Shown here piece by piece: positions 38,802 to 51,870 of a stretch of DNA of 60,965 bases (position 1 is the first letter of the stretch; the number at the start of each line of letters is the position of its first letter). The position numbers and the translations under genes are program-made. The DNA lies in assembly GCA_001938485.1 (NCBI GenBank), contig MQRK01067526.1:1-60965 (forward strand), given 5' to 3'. The stretch comes from Girardia tigrina (taxonomy: Eukaryota). The notes below the pieces were generated by a model that saw nothing but the letters and a program-made list of their open reading frames with translations, made no database searches and was not told the DNA's origin.

Positions 38802-40067
38802 TTTGGTTGTTCGGAAAGTCATTTCGTTTTATTGGTTTAAAGTAAAAAGACGAATAAATATTTTATTGAAATACATATTGACCATTGTGGTCCAATACCT
38901 TCTTCCATCTTCCTGGCGGTGACATGATTCCACATTCATAAAATATTTGTTCTTTGCTGCTAAAAAACTTTTCCAGGTGATTTTCAACATCTTCATTTGA
39001 TCCAAAAGTGTTACCATCTAAATAATTTTGTAGAGACCGGAACAAATGATAATCAGAAGGTGTGAGGTCTGGAGAATATGGTAGGTGAGGCATAATGTTC
39101 CATCCAAGCTGTAAAAGCTTTTGGCGAGTTACCAAAGTTGTATGAGGTCTGGCATTATCTTGGTGAAACACTACACCTTTTCTATTGATCAATTCTGGCC
39201 TTTTGTGTTTAAGGGATTCATTTAATTTGTCCAGCTGATGACAGTAGACGTCCGAATTGATCGTAGTTTTGTCCAGAAGAAGCTCATAAAATATGATTCC
39301 TTTGAAATCCCACCAAACAGATAGCATCATTTTTTTTTATTAATTTCAGCTTTCAAAGTGCTTTGAGCAGGTTGATCTTTTTTACTCCAAGATCTCTTGC
39401 ATTTTGCATTATTGTAGACTACCCATTTCTCATCTCCAGTGACGATGCGCTTCAAAAATGGATCATTTTCTTGGTGTTTGAGAAGCATATCGCAGATGTC
39501 TAAACGACAGCATAAATTTCGTTCGGTAAGATTATGAGAAATCCATGTGTCGAGTTTTGATGTAAAACCTAGACGCTTCAAATGATCATGGACGGTCGAA
39601 TTAGATAAATGTAATGTCTGGGCAATTTCGCGAGTTGTTATTCGCCGGTTTGAATCAATTAATACCTTTATTATGTCTTCGTCGACATCAATGAGCCTTC
39701 CGGAACGTGAAGAATCTTCAACATCAAAATTTCCGGTTCTAAATTTTTTAAACCAGTTTTGGCATTGGCGTTCTGTCAACACATCTCCTCCATACACTTC
39801 GCATAATTTTCTTCTTCCTTGTACAGCATTTTTACCTTTTCGGAAGTAAAAATGTAATGCCGTAAATGCTGATTCTTGCTTTCCATCTTTGATAGGTCAA
39901 AATCAAATATAAATGTTTTTAATTATTCCAAAATTTTCCAAATCTAACCTTGATTACCAACTGCTAAAATAAATAATATAGTCAATGATTATTAACGATT
40001 ATTAATATAAAAAAATACATTTAAAACAAGTATTAAAAAAAACGAAATGACTTTCCGAACAACCCAA
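38802..40067 (-). mobile_element. Near full-length mariner (1266 bp)
   Basis: About 30-bp TIRs TT(T/G)GGTTGTTCGGAAAGTCATTTCGTTTTT with TA flanks. Contains the transposase pseudogene listed next. Confidence 0.95.
38863..39886 (-). pseudogene. Mariner D,D34D transposase with two frameshifts
   Basis: ATG at 39886 (MESKNQHLRH). Motifs IVTGDEKW, WISHNL, HQDNARPH and YSPDLTPSDY. Frameshifts near 39855 and in a homopolymer at about 39330-39340. Confidence 0.92.
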
Positions 40068-41065
40068 TATTATGCCAAGGTATTAGTGAATTTGCAACAA
40101 AATGTATTTTTTCTATGGTGTATTAGAATTTTTTTGCCAACATAATAAATGATTAAATAACTTGTTCCCTTTTAAAAAAAACTTTCTTATATATGAACAT
40201 GGTTGAGTTCGATGTATTTTTTGTCTATCAGTTTGTGTATCAACTTTTGTATGTATCACTCGTTTCATTTCAATTTTAGAAAAATAATATAATAATTATT
40301 TTTCTTGATATTAAAATTTGTTCTAATTGAAGTATATATCAAAATTAAAATCGATATTCTCAAGATGTCGTGTTTCTCTTTTTTCAAAATACCTTTATTT
40401 TATTTTAGTAAAGCTTTTAATTTTTTATGATAATAATTTTTCAATGTTTATGAAAAAATTTAACAAAATTGATACTTTAATGAGTTAAATTCAATTTAAT
40501 TAAGATAATTTAACAACAGTAATGAGAAATTTTAATGACATGAAAAATAATGATTATTCTAATATTTAACAAAATATAAATGTCACAAATTACAAACAGA
40601 CGAAATGAAATTGTGGTCTTTCTTTACAGATCAATGAATTAAATATCAATTTAAAAGTTGATCCGATCAAGGAACAGTTGATCCAGAATAAAATCTTGCC
40701 CAAGGCAAAAAATACTTCAAAGCCAAATCGATTTCTCCAAAATTTCAGTTTTACTTTAAAAAATGTTTATTAAGAACACTAAATTTATTTCCAATATATT
40801 TATTGACATTACAAAACTTTCGAAGTTAGACATCGTTCTTGATTAATAAATTAAAATTCTTTTTCTAAATCTTTAATTATTCGAAGAAGTATAAATTACA
40901 ATTTTTTATTAAAGTAATTTAAAACTATTTTCAAAAAAATATTTTTTAATTCATTTTAAATATATAATTTATGATTAAATAGATCTTTACTTTATTATCC
41001 ACTATTAAAATATTTCAAATCACTTTCAAATAGATTTTAAATATTTTGACTAAAATATTAATGTG

Positions 41066-41418
41066 CTGTAAAATTTCCAATTATCCCCCTAGGGGATTAA
41101 TCATTTTTTTTTAAAAGTTTGAAGAACAAGAACAAGATTATTAGAAATTTTTAAAAATCAAAAACATTTTTTAGAAAATCAAATTTATTCATCAATTTTT
41201 GAATAGCTAGATTCCGAATAGTCCTCACCAACTTGGTGATTTATACTAGCACAATATTTTATTCTAAATTTGATACCAAATTGTGCATGCTCATTCCTTC
41301 ATCTAAGAACGATGAATAATTATCTTCAGCGTGGAGAATTGGAGAAGTGGGGGATTATTCTCGAGAAATAATTTGATCAGAAAAAATAGCTGTAGCGGGG
41401 ATTATTGGATGCTTAGAG
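41066..41418. mobile_element. Old MITE with degenerate TIRs (pogo/Tc1-like)
   Basis: CTGTAAAATTTCCAATTATCCCCC ... GGGGGATTATTGGATGCTTAGAG|TA, with an internal GGGGGATTATT repeat. Confidence 0.55.
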
Positions 41419-41570
41419 TATATTAATTGATCAAAATATATTAATTTAATTTTAAAGTTACTATTTACATTTTTAATTTTCCGAAACATCCGACTTTTTA
41501 AAACGTTTTCTAAATTTTAATATTCATATTTAAATATCTAACATTAACAAAACAAATGTAACTACAATAA

Positions 41571-41604
<34 letters not shown>

Positions 41605-42197
41605 TTTTACTTCAATATATTACTTCAATATATAATATTTTTACTTCAACGAAGTTCTCCTTTAGAAGGAAACTGAATTATTTTTTTCAAAGTATTATCT
41701 GCCTTGTTTCTTTTAATATTTCTTGTTTCATTATTTATTAATTTATGTTCGATTTGGCTCAACAATAATTAAAAAATCAATTAATATTTTATTATAATAT
41801 TATAAACGTTTCTTGTAACATAAATGTAATAAATTTAACTAATATTAGTATTATTTACTCTTTTTATAATATTAATATTTTTTATGTATTCAGTATTACA
41901 AACATTTAAATAAAATTTCCAGCAAACAAAATATAATATTAAACAAGTTCAAAATGTTTCATAAATTTTTTTAATTTTAAATAAAATAAAATTTAACTAA
42001 AATGTTGTCTCGTAAAGCTTTTTAACAATACTTGTCTGGAATATATAGTTTTGTCTATTATCATTTACGTGTTTCCAAAACTGAAGTGGGTTTATTGAAA
42101 ATGGAATTAATTAACAAACATAAATTTTTAAACATTTATACATTTATTAAAAACATATATATATTATTAAAACATATATATTATTACATATCTATTA

Positions 42198-42200
<3 letters not shown>

Positions 42201-42246
<46 letters not shown>
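42201..42246. repeat. (TA)n microsatellite (others at about 15696-15714, 17710-17740, 27737-27760, 35905-35923, 48944-48980, 60928-60965; (ATT)n at about 41572-41603)
   Basis: Direct inspection. Confidence 0.95.
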
Positions 42247-42250
<4 letters not shown>

Positions 42251-42479
42251 CCATATATATTATTGAAACACATATATATTAAAAACATACTAGGTTGTAC
42301 AGAAAGATTCTAGAATAGAGCAGTGTATGCAATTTGATTAAACTTATTACAAGATCATTCTACTATGTATTTTATTTGTCGTAAAATTTATTGATATACT
42401 TTTTACCCACTTTTTGACATAAATTTCCGTAATGGTAAATGTCTTCTTCTTTTTATTTTAGATATCCAATATATTAAAG

Positions 42480-42860
42480 TGACCAGGTGTTATTATGCTG
42501 TTCGTGAAAAAATGAAATAGGAGCTCAGGAGATCAGCACATAGCCGTATGATGTTTATGGGGAGTTAACACCTGTCTTTAGTACACTTAAATAAAGTCAG
42601 CTGAATTTCGCATTTGTTGAGAATACATAGAAAATGAAGAACCTAGTGACAGACAAGGAACAACCACTCATTAAAACATTACACAATAAAATAAATTGTA
42701 ATTCAAGATCAAAGATTATCTATAAGCTGAACTGTGAAGGAATTGAGTCTCTCCAAAACAATATTTGATTTTGTCTGATGTTCTGGACATGAAAGAACTT
42801 TTTACCTCCTGGATTTCAAATTTTCTGAAACTTGTTCAATGTACTGATCATTTCAAAGGT
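42480..42860 (+). pseudogene. Highly degenerate mariner N-terminal fragment
   Basis: GAQEIST...DVYGELT and ENEEPSDRQG resemble the mariner HTH and DxxRxGRP motifs. Confidence 0.45.
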
Positions 42861-43448
42861 TGTAAGGAGTTGTAAGTCCGATGTTTCGCCCGATCCCCGA
42901 GTTTCCCTGAGAACTGGACAGTGGTAGCAGTCGCGCTCTGTTTAAGACTTGGAAGCTCGGTTGCAGTGTGCTGGGCCAATTTATATTTAATTTAGTGAAG
43001 ATAATTATCATTTAAAAAAAGATTAAGTATTAAAAATATATAAATTTTCGAATCGTCAACTTTAATCAATCGCATTAAACTTCGCAAATCAATTTAGTCA
43101 CCACAAAAATTGTTTTACAAATCACTTGTGATAAAAAATCCAACAACCTTTTATCAATAATTCAAAATCATTAATACGCAATGTCGAATCTTATCGATCT
43201 CACTTTCACTATTTTTCGTCACCAAATCAGCAGACGAAACAGAAAAAAATTTTTGATTACAAAATTCAATAATCAAAAAAAACTATCAATATTCCCATCA
43301 AAAAATATTACAAACAAGTATATGAAAATTTAAAAATCGATCTTCAGCTGCATAAAAAGAGAACAATGTTTTTCAACTTTCCAAAGTAAAAAAAATGCCA
43401 AACCAATTGTGATTTTAAACAATCAATATAATTCAATTGTCAATTAAT

Positions 43449-43564
43449 CAGCCAATCAGATTTGGCTATTTTTCATTTTTCTCACCACACACTACTCACT
43501 GAGAGAAATTGCCCACGCAATGTTGGTAGCAAAATTACTGGTAAACAAAGAGTCACGTGACTCT
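43449..43564. promoter_or_regulatory. Promoter-like cluster: CCAAT box plus palindromic E-box (GTCACGTGAC)
   Basis: AGCCAATCAG at about 43450 and a perfect 16-bp palindrome AGAGTCACGTGACTCT at 43549-43564. No linked gene was identified. Confidence 0.35.
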
Positions 43565-44160
43565 AAATTGCAATGAATTGACTAAGTAGCAATCAACTGA
43601 TTTTATTTAAAAAAACTGAATTAAATTCAGTAAAAGCTGAATTTTTACAATTATGTCAATTTATGTACATACAAATTGTATAATAAAAAACAAATAAAAA
43701 TTATTACAGAAATTGTCATTCAATTGTAAAGAGAAAGATAATGATAATAAATAATTAAATAACAATAAATGTGATAATAATATTAATTGAATCCCAAATT
43801 CCCTACATGATACAAACCAAAACGATTCCTTGTTATATCCAACCCTGGAGAGGACACTTATTAAAGTGCCGAGTCTCGCTTTAATTAGACAAATCAAGTA
43901 ACAAACAATATTCGAAGGTCAAAAAAGGAAAATGATACGTACACTCAAAATTTAAAAGTGTTTATCAAGATTTTCCGAAATATAAAATTAAATGGAATAA
44001 AGAAAAGAGTAATATTTTTTTTAAAATCGAGTATTAAATTTTTAGGAGAAATTGAAAAATTTTAACTGAAAAAAATAATTGAAATCGCTTTTCTAAAAAC
44101 TGATTGTGTCTTTACTGTGTTAATATTTTTATATTAAAAATAAAGAAAAATTAATAATTA

Positions 44161-44713
44161 CCGTATTTTATCGAATTAGCGCACCGGTGCGTTTATTAAT
44201 TATAGCTACCTACACCAAGTGCATTTATTCAAAATGGTGCGTTTATTCGTTTCGAGTTTTAAATTTATTTTTATGCAAATTGTCGGTTAAGATTATTTTT
44301 TTTAAAAAAAATCAAATTAATTTCTTCAATTTGTTGAAACGAAAAAAGCAGAAAAAAGAGATTAGAATGATTAATATATATTTTTTCTTTTTATAAATAT
44401 TGTTTAATATTTAAACAATATTTACTACCCTCAAATAACGCAAGTTGTCTTTTATGGTTTTAAGAAATGTTTGTGAATCACAAGTCTTATGATATAGCAT
44501 TTTGTATTAATTATTATTTTAGTTACTTTTTTATTTAAAATTAATAAAGGTTGATCCCATTTTCGAATTAATAAAATTGGAATTTTCATTGTAAAACAAT
44601 GAGAATTATTACTATTTAAAGGGGTGTGTTTATTTAAGAGGTTGCATTTACTAAAACGAGGTCAGAAAGGGAGTGAGTTTAATCAAAAGGTGCGCTAATT
44701 CGATAAAATACGG
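44161..44713. mobile_element. pogo/Tc1-type MITE
   Basis: Perfect 25-bp TIR CCGTATTTTATCGAATTAGCGCACC, TA on both flanks, and internal GGTGCGTTTATT subterminal repeats. Confidence 0.92.
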
Positions 44714-46261
44714 TAATCAAAAAAAGCTTAAAAAATAGTTCAAAAAGATTATTGAAAAAAATGTCAATAAAAAGATTTGTTTATTGGCACTAATTAAATA
44801 TGAAAGTTTAAAATTAATTAAAATGACTGAGTTTTTTTTAATAAAATAAATAAATTAATTATAAAAACGATATTCTTAAATTTGATTATGATGGAAATTC
44901 GGAATTTCGTTTAACGTGATTTGAATATTTTTTATGAATATAATTTTTTAGCGAGAAATTAATGGAATTCGTTCATTGTATAGAAATTTCGTGTAAAAGG
45001 AATTCGAATCAAATATTTTTTTTGTAAAAATGGTTTACAAGAGAATTTAAATTTATGATGACTTTTAGACAAAAATGCAAAGTAAACTTACAAAACGAGT
45101 CGATGGTGAATTATAACCATAAAAACATTGAGTGAAGCTTTAAACCGATTATTATCAGTGAGAAAACTGGTAAATATTCAAACTTTAAAAGATATGTTTA
45201 TTAACCGTAAACAAATTATTAGAAATTCAAGTGATTTAATTCTAGAATGTTACAGTAATTTTAATAATCTGTTTGGTTGTAAAAAAGGAGGTATCAGACA
45301 CATCAAATCAATTGTTTTGTATTATATCCAATATCAGTTAAAAAGCTCCAAGAAGCATACACAAAAATCTCCAATGAACTTTCAAACTACAATAAAAAGT
45401 GGTGTAAAGCTCGAAACAAATTCAAAAAAACGCATTCAAAGACTCGACACTGTAAATAAAAAGCACTAAATATCTAAAGAACTTTCCCAACGATACCAAA
45501 GAGTCCATCAGCCCAATAATCCGAATATCAACACATTAAATCTGTTAAATAACATGGAAGAATTTGAGACAGAATGGTACATAAGAAATATCAATGTTGA
45601 AGTATTCTCACCGGTATAAATAAAGTAGACTTTCGTACCATTCTCAACGCCATTAATTCCTTAAAAAAAAGTGCATCGAATCCTTCTAAAGTGATTTAAG
45701 AAATCTCGAAAACGAAATCAGGAAGGCAGCATCGTCTACTGATATAATGGTAATCGTATCGATGTTCGAATCTGTTTATCATCATCAAATCATTAATGGA
45801 TTCTGTCAAATCCCGTCTCGAATTGAAGAAGACAAAAAACCAGGTTTGTACCGCAAACTGTCAACGGTAATTACGAAAAAAAGAAAACAACTCGGTAATA
45901 TCACAGACCCAAATCTGATGATCAACTTATTCATGTCAACAGCTATTGCTTCTACGAATGCCACTGAATCAGACAAATGAGTAATAGATACCGAAAGTCA
46001 CTTCCAATAATGTATTCGATTGATAAACAGACGAAAGGTATCAAAATGAAAGTGCGTCGAAAAAACCAAACATTGGAATTCCTATGGAAGATGTTACTGA
46101 AGAAGAAGACTATGTTCAAGGAAACCCAAAGAAATGGTCGATTTGTGTAATGACGATGATTCTTCATTGATATCATATCCAGTGGTATGCATGAACTTTA
46201 ACAATCACTTATTTGGTGCAAACAATTCTTAAAAATATTTTAAGCAAATATAAAACATTTA

Positions 46262-46852
46262 CAGGGTTTGCTCAAAAGTTTCTGCCGATGAATAAAGCTT
46301 TATAAAATTAGTTATATGCATTCATAGTTAATGAAATTTTTACCATGTACTCTTCAGTAGTTTTGTTAGTAATATATGTTAAAATTTTTACCATTTGAAC
46401 ACAAGTTTTATAATAAAATACTTAATTTGTATGAAATTAAAAATTGTTTAAATTTATTACGAATGTTTTTCGTTTTTCTAGTCAGAATTCGTACTGAAAA
46501 TGCAGTTTTCTCGAGAAGATATTAGAAAAATCATTTATTACAACTGAAAGAGATGACTGTCAACTGCTAATAATCATAAAGAAATCAACTGCATCCTTGG
46601 TGAAAGTACAATTGACCTCAGAACATGCTCCCATTGGGTAGCAAAATTCAATAACACGATATTCAACAATGGACAGACTCAAAACCGCAGCAATTCATCC
46701 AGGATGACATCAACAAGTTACAGGGAACTAGGCAACTATGCATTGAGCATGATGGTGAATATTTTGAAAACTTATGTGACGTTGATGATTAAATACTTTG
46801 TTGATATTCATTTGTTATTGAAATTTCGGTAGAAAATTTTGAGCCAAACCTG
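46262..46852 (+). mobile_element. Internally deleted mariner with TIRs
   Basis: Imperfect 27-bp TIRs CAGG(G/T)TT(T/G)GCTCAAAA(G/T)TTTCT(G/A)CCGA with TA flanks. Encodes MQFSREDIRKIIYYN*...RTCSHWVAKF. Confidence 0.85.
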
Positions 46853-48938
46853 TATAATCTGTCTTCTCACAGATATCAGCATTTGAATGTGTATGTTTTG
46901 ATTTGTGTTTGTATTGAATTTATATGAAATTGTAAATCTTTTCTATGCGATTACATTTTATTGAATAAAGTACATATCATGTCAACCAATTATTCCAAAC
47001 CAATTGTGATTTTAAACAATCAAAATATATATAAATATATAAATAGTGTTAAAAAAATTAAATAAATTAAAAAATGAAATAAATGAGAAAAAAAATTAAA
47101 TAAAATATTTTTTTGCCAAAACGGCATATGAAAAAATTATGTAAAATAATACCACATCATAATGGTTTGTTGTTTTTTTCGAGAATAATTTCTCGAACTT
47201 TAAAGGCCGTTTGTGATTGACCTATGCGGGATTTACAATAATTTGATTGATTGTGTGAGCTAAGTTTTGATTGAATTTGCTTTAATCGATTAATGAAAAA
47301 ATTTGTTTGTGATGAATTTTAAATATAAAAATTCGGACGTGATTAATAAAGTGTAAAAAAATCAACTTTTCACTTCAAATTGGAATGCCTATAATTTTCG
47401 AAGTGGTTTCTGAATTTTTGTTCGATGGACGTGATAATTAAGAGCATTGAAAAATTACAAACAAAAATTCAAAAGAACAGGAGCAAAACTGTAGAAGTCT
47501 CTAGAGACATTAAAACGAATTACGAGAAAGTGACAGAGTTTTGTCGATATGGATCTGAAAAGGAATATGTTCTACGGCATCGGAAGATTGAGTGAGATTT
47601 GGCAAAAAGCACCGATGCCGGTCGTCGGGGGATGTTGCGTGAGATCGAAGGCAAGGTCAGCCACTAAATCATGCATGAAAAGCTGTGGAGCGCGAATTCA
47701 TGAGGTTATTTATAATTGGGAGAACGGTTTCCGAGTTATCGTAGCGGCTCTGGGTCGTGTAAACGACATGATATTGAGCAGGAACCGGAAAACAGATTCG
47801 ATTTAAATGTTCGTTCTCATTACAGCTGATTAAATGTTAAGACAGAGTTAGAAAGTGCAAATTCAATGTTTGATTCAGATTGTCGGATGTAGCGTTTGGG
47901 TATGATTCTCTCCCCAATTATATCCCAACGAACCTCCAATCCCCCTCTTCGCCATTGCGCGACTGCCGCGCCAAGCTCGTTCGCGCATCAACAGTACACA
48001 CGTCAAATTGTGAAAGCCATTCAAGATATCGATTTTCTCTTAATCCTTCCTATTTTATTTTAAAAATTCTCTGTCAGATAACAGCAAAAACTCATACAGC
48101 AGTTTTGAAGTGGTTTTTTAATTTTTTGTGAATTTCAGCATCTAGCACAGTGAGAATAGAAGGTTTTTGTCATAAATCCGATACCACAACTGCATTCGCT
48201 TTGCTAATATTACTATTTTTCGTTTTCATTGATCACCCATGATCCACTCCGTGCATCTAAAGTAAAGCAGTGGATTAAGCTAGATGAAAAAATCTCCCAC
48301 TTTACCTCCTAAACAGAGATCTTCAAGAAAGCTTTTGCTGTAAAGTTTTGGTAAAGAAAGTGTGTGTTGTTAGTTTTCTATCTTTACAATAGAAGAAAGT
48401 TTATGGGAGAATAATATACTACAATGATTTATCAGCTACGTCAGATTATCCAAGACATGTCGACTTAGTTGTGAGGTGCCCTGCATCATGATGGAGCACT
48501 TGCCTATACCAGCAAACTTACTAAAGCAGCTATTCATGATATTTTATTTTTAAGTTTTTATTTGTTTAATTATCCTACTGTAGTTCAGATATGGATACGC
48601 TAATGGTTTTTGTGTTGTGTGCAGCTTTCGTCTATGCGAAGAATGAAAGCTGCATATAATGTTTTACTTATAGCCTTGTTTGCATATTTAAGCTTTTTAG
48701 CATAAATTTCATGGATAATTTTGATATAAACATATTGCTTTTTCGACAACAAAATGGTTCAACAGTTGTTTTTGCTAGTAGATAATTATATCAAATGGCA
48801 TTTGATTATCATAATGAAAAAAATTTAGCTATGTTTTTGTTTGATTCACCCTGGTGGAAATAAAATGGGCAAGAATCCGCAAATATCTCACAGTCAAGTA
48901 TGAAAACAATTCAGCTTTATCGGACATCTGTCAAAAGC

Positions 48939-48984
<46 letters not shown>

Positions 48985-50697
48985 CCAAATTTATAATACA
49001 GTTAAATTTAGAAAATTGTAAAATAAAACTCCTTAAAAAGAACTGTTTTTAATATTCTGAAATTTCAAAAAAAGCGTAAATTGAAAAATGCAACAATTTT
49101 TATTGAAATAAATTTTGTTTGATGACTCAGAAATTGATGAAGTTTGCGCTGCAAACAGCTTTTCTAACACATATAATAAGTGATATTTTCCAGTAAATTA
49201 AAATTAGATTTCGGTTAACTTGATTTCTATTTCCATTTAAAGTTCCTCTAAAAATAATTGTAGAAAATATATTAGTTATTTCAAACAAAATAATCCCAGA
49301 CAATTCATATGATAATTTGTTTTTCTGAAAGAAAATTTTTTTATCTTAATTGAATAAATGCAATTTAATTTACAGGATATACAATAAATATAAAATAGTT
49401 TATTTGATCTTGCAGGAAGAAAATGATATCAAATAATACAAAAAAATTATGAAAACAAACAGTAAATTTTTTTTATTTTTTCGGAGATATTTTTGTAAAA
49501 ATGAATAATAAAATGTATTTCCAAGAAATAGATAAATTAATAAATGAACATATTCATGAGCTATTCATAAGAAAAAATGCGAATCTTTCAAATAATCAAA
49601 AGCGCCATTTGAATATGGAAGATAAATAAATTTAATTAGATCAGATCGGACGTCATCGTCGATTACGACTACTCGACCCAATCTCATCAATCGACACTCA
49701 GAACGATCATCGTTTCAGTCGTATCAGCATGTCGTCGAGCGCCATCAACCCTGATCGGCAGATATACGGGTACATATCATTAAATTTGGATAAATGAACG
49801 TGGATCGGACGAGTTTTATATGAACAAACGCGGGATGAACGAACCGCAAACCGTTTTAAAAGCAAAACACCTTATCACAAGTCATTCAACACGAACTTAT
49901 ATAAACAGTAAGGAGTAAAAAAATAATATTAAAAAGTAATCATGGAAAAAAATAGGAATTTCTTTTTTTGTGATGATAGACAAAATCATTTTGTTTCTTA
50001 GAATTATTAATTTAGACATTAAAAATACAATAAATTTTAAATAATCAAATGATTTAAAATTCTTAATTAATTATTATCAATAAGTGATTAAGAAAAAAAA
50101 TGTATAAACAATACACAAAAAATTGAAAAATTACAAAAAAATAATTAAATTTTTATTATTAATTCGTAATTTTATAAAATTTATGAAAGACATAAAAATA
50201 AATATTAATAAATGTAAAAAAAGTAACTTAAATATTAATTGATATTTTTGAATTTTGTCAATTTTTAATTTAAATTTTTTTTAATATATAAATTTTTAAT
50301 ATTTTTAATATTTTGAAAATTAATATGATAAATATTTTATAGTAATTTAAGAACTATTTTATTATTTTTTTATTTATATTTAATTTTTTAAAATAATAAT
50401 TTTCTTTATTTTTTAATAATGTTTTATAGATCAAATTATTGATAATTTGTGGAATTAATTAACTTTAGTTTATATTTTCCATTGGTTTATATAATTAATT
50501 TTTCATTATTTCTGTTATAATAATTTTATTTTGAATTGATTTATTCGAATATTATATACAGATGTTTCAGAAGGATTTAAAAAAACATACAATTTTGTAT
50601 TAAAAAAATATTTTGTATATATATATAACATTAAGATTTAATGGCAATTTATTTGTAAAGAAAATGAAGAACAAACGCCATTTAAAAAGTTTTTTAT

Positions 50698-50740
50698 TTC
50701 TCAAAACATGTTTCGCCATTACGGCATCATCAGTTGTGAA
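50698..50740 (-). ncRNA. Minimal type-I hammerhead ribozyme
   Basis: TTCACAA-CTGATGA-T-GCC-GTAAT-GGC-GAAA-CATG-T-T-TTGAGAA: stem I with 6 of 7 pairs, palindromic stem III, GUU triplet. Confidence 0.85.
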
Positions 50741-50853
50741 GTAAATTTCAAATTACAAGTCATTTATATGGCACATTGACTATTACGCAATTAATCTTTT
50801 TTTTAATTAAAATTAAAAGATTTTAATATGATTGGATAATTCACTTTGAACAT

Positions 50854-51435
50854 TTAAGCATGGTTTAAATGCTTTATTAATAATGCCTCAGTGACTATCC
50901 TCTCATGATATGTATCAAAATGTTTCTTCAAAACCTTAAATTCAGTTTCATAGTTAACTTTATCTCTATTTCTGCATTTTTTAATGTGATCTAGAATCGA
51001 GCTATTCCTACTCAATTGGGTGTGTTCAGCTATTCTAATGCGGAGATGACGATTTGTTTCTCCAATGTACAAGGATTCACACTTGTGACATTTGAATTGA
51101 TATACTAGATTAGCTTGGACACCCGATGGAGTTTTTGATTTATTTGAGAAATATCTCGATAGTTTATGAGTTATGAAGATCACCCGCAAATTAAAACCCA
51201 AAGGAACCTTTTTCATTCGGCCTTTCCTCAAATCAGACGCGCCTTCAGAAAATGGTAATTTTAAATTTATTGTTTTTATTACATTACTACTGTCATTATT
51301 TATAATGTTTTCATTTTTATTATTAGATTTTTCACGAATTGAGTCAATTGTATTTTTTATCAAATTATTTAAATAATTTTTATTGTACCCATTATTTTCT
51401 AACCTGCTTTTAAGATCAACAATACCCTTATCCAC
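50854..51435 (-). CDS. Penelope linker plus GIY-YIG endonuclease (partial pol)
   Basis: LENNGY, NLVYQFKCHKCESLYIGETNRHLRIRIAEH, SSILDHIKKC and ERIVTEALLIK. Confidence 0.9.
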   Translation of the reverse strand: MDKGIVDLKSRLENNGYNKNYLNNLIKNTIDSIREKSNNKNENIINNDSSNVIKTINLKLPFSEGASDLRKGRMKKVPLGFNLRVIFITHKLSRYFSNKSKTPSGVQANLVYQFKCHKCESLYIGETNRHLRIRIAEHTQLSRNSSILDHIKKCRNRDKVNYETEFKVLKKHFDTYHERIVTEALLIKHLNHA

Positions 51436-51645
51436 ACCACAATACGTAGAAGATAAATTTCATATTCTGTGAATTAATCCTTTCACCATATTTTTATTGT
51501 ACTTGGGATCACAGAAACTCATAGGATTATTGTATAAACCCGTGTCAGTACTCTTTCGAAATAATTCAGTTTCATAGCCCTTTGATTTTCTTTCAATTAA
51601 TACATCCAAAAATGAAATCTTGTCCCCTGATTCGATTTCACTGGT

Positions 51646-51870
51646 TTGGAGAAAAAATTCAATTTTTTTGAAGGAAACATGCCTTTATTTTACACTAGGT
51701 ATGTTGATGATATCTTCTTGATTTTTGAAAATAAAAACCTTATAGATAATTTTTTACAATTTATGAATCAACTTCATCCAAATATGAGATTTACCAGTGA
51801 AATCAAATCAGGGGACAAGATTTCATTTTTGGATGTATTAATTGAAAGAAAATCGAAGGGCTATGAAACT
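51646..51870 (+). pseudogene. Penelope reverse transcriptase fragment (inverted segment)
   Basis: FYTRYVDDIFLIF, MNQLHPNMRFTSE, ISFLDVLI. Confidence 0.9.

Noticed and set aside
39327-39342. Programmed ribosomal frameshift joining the two mariner ORFs
   Set aside because: Mariner transposases are single ORFs. A homopolymer indel plus a second upstream frameshift indicate decay or sequencing error.
42876-42977. SRP (7SL) RNA or HDV/twister ribozyme
   Set aside because: Only patchy resemblance to 7SL segments, in non-colinear order and without the helix-8 motif. The pairings required for HDV or twister folds could not be built.
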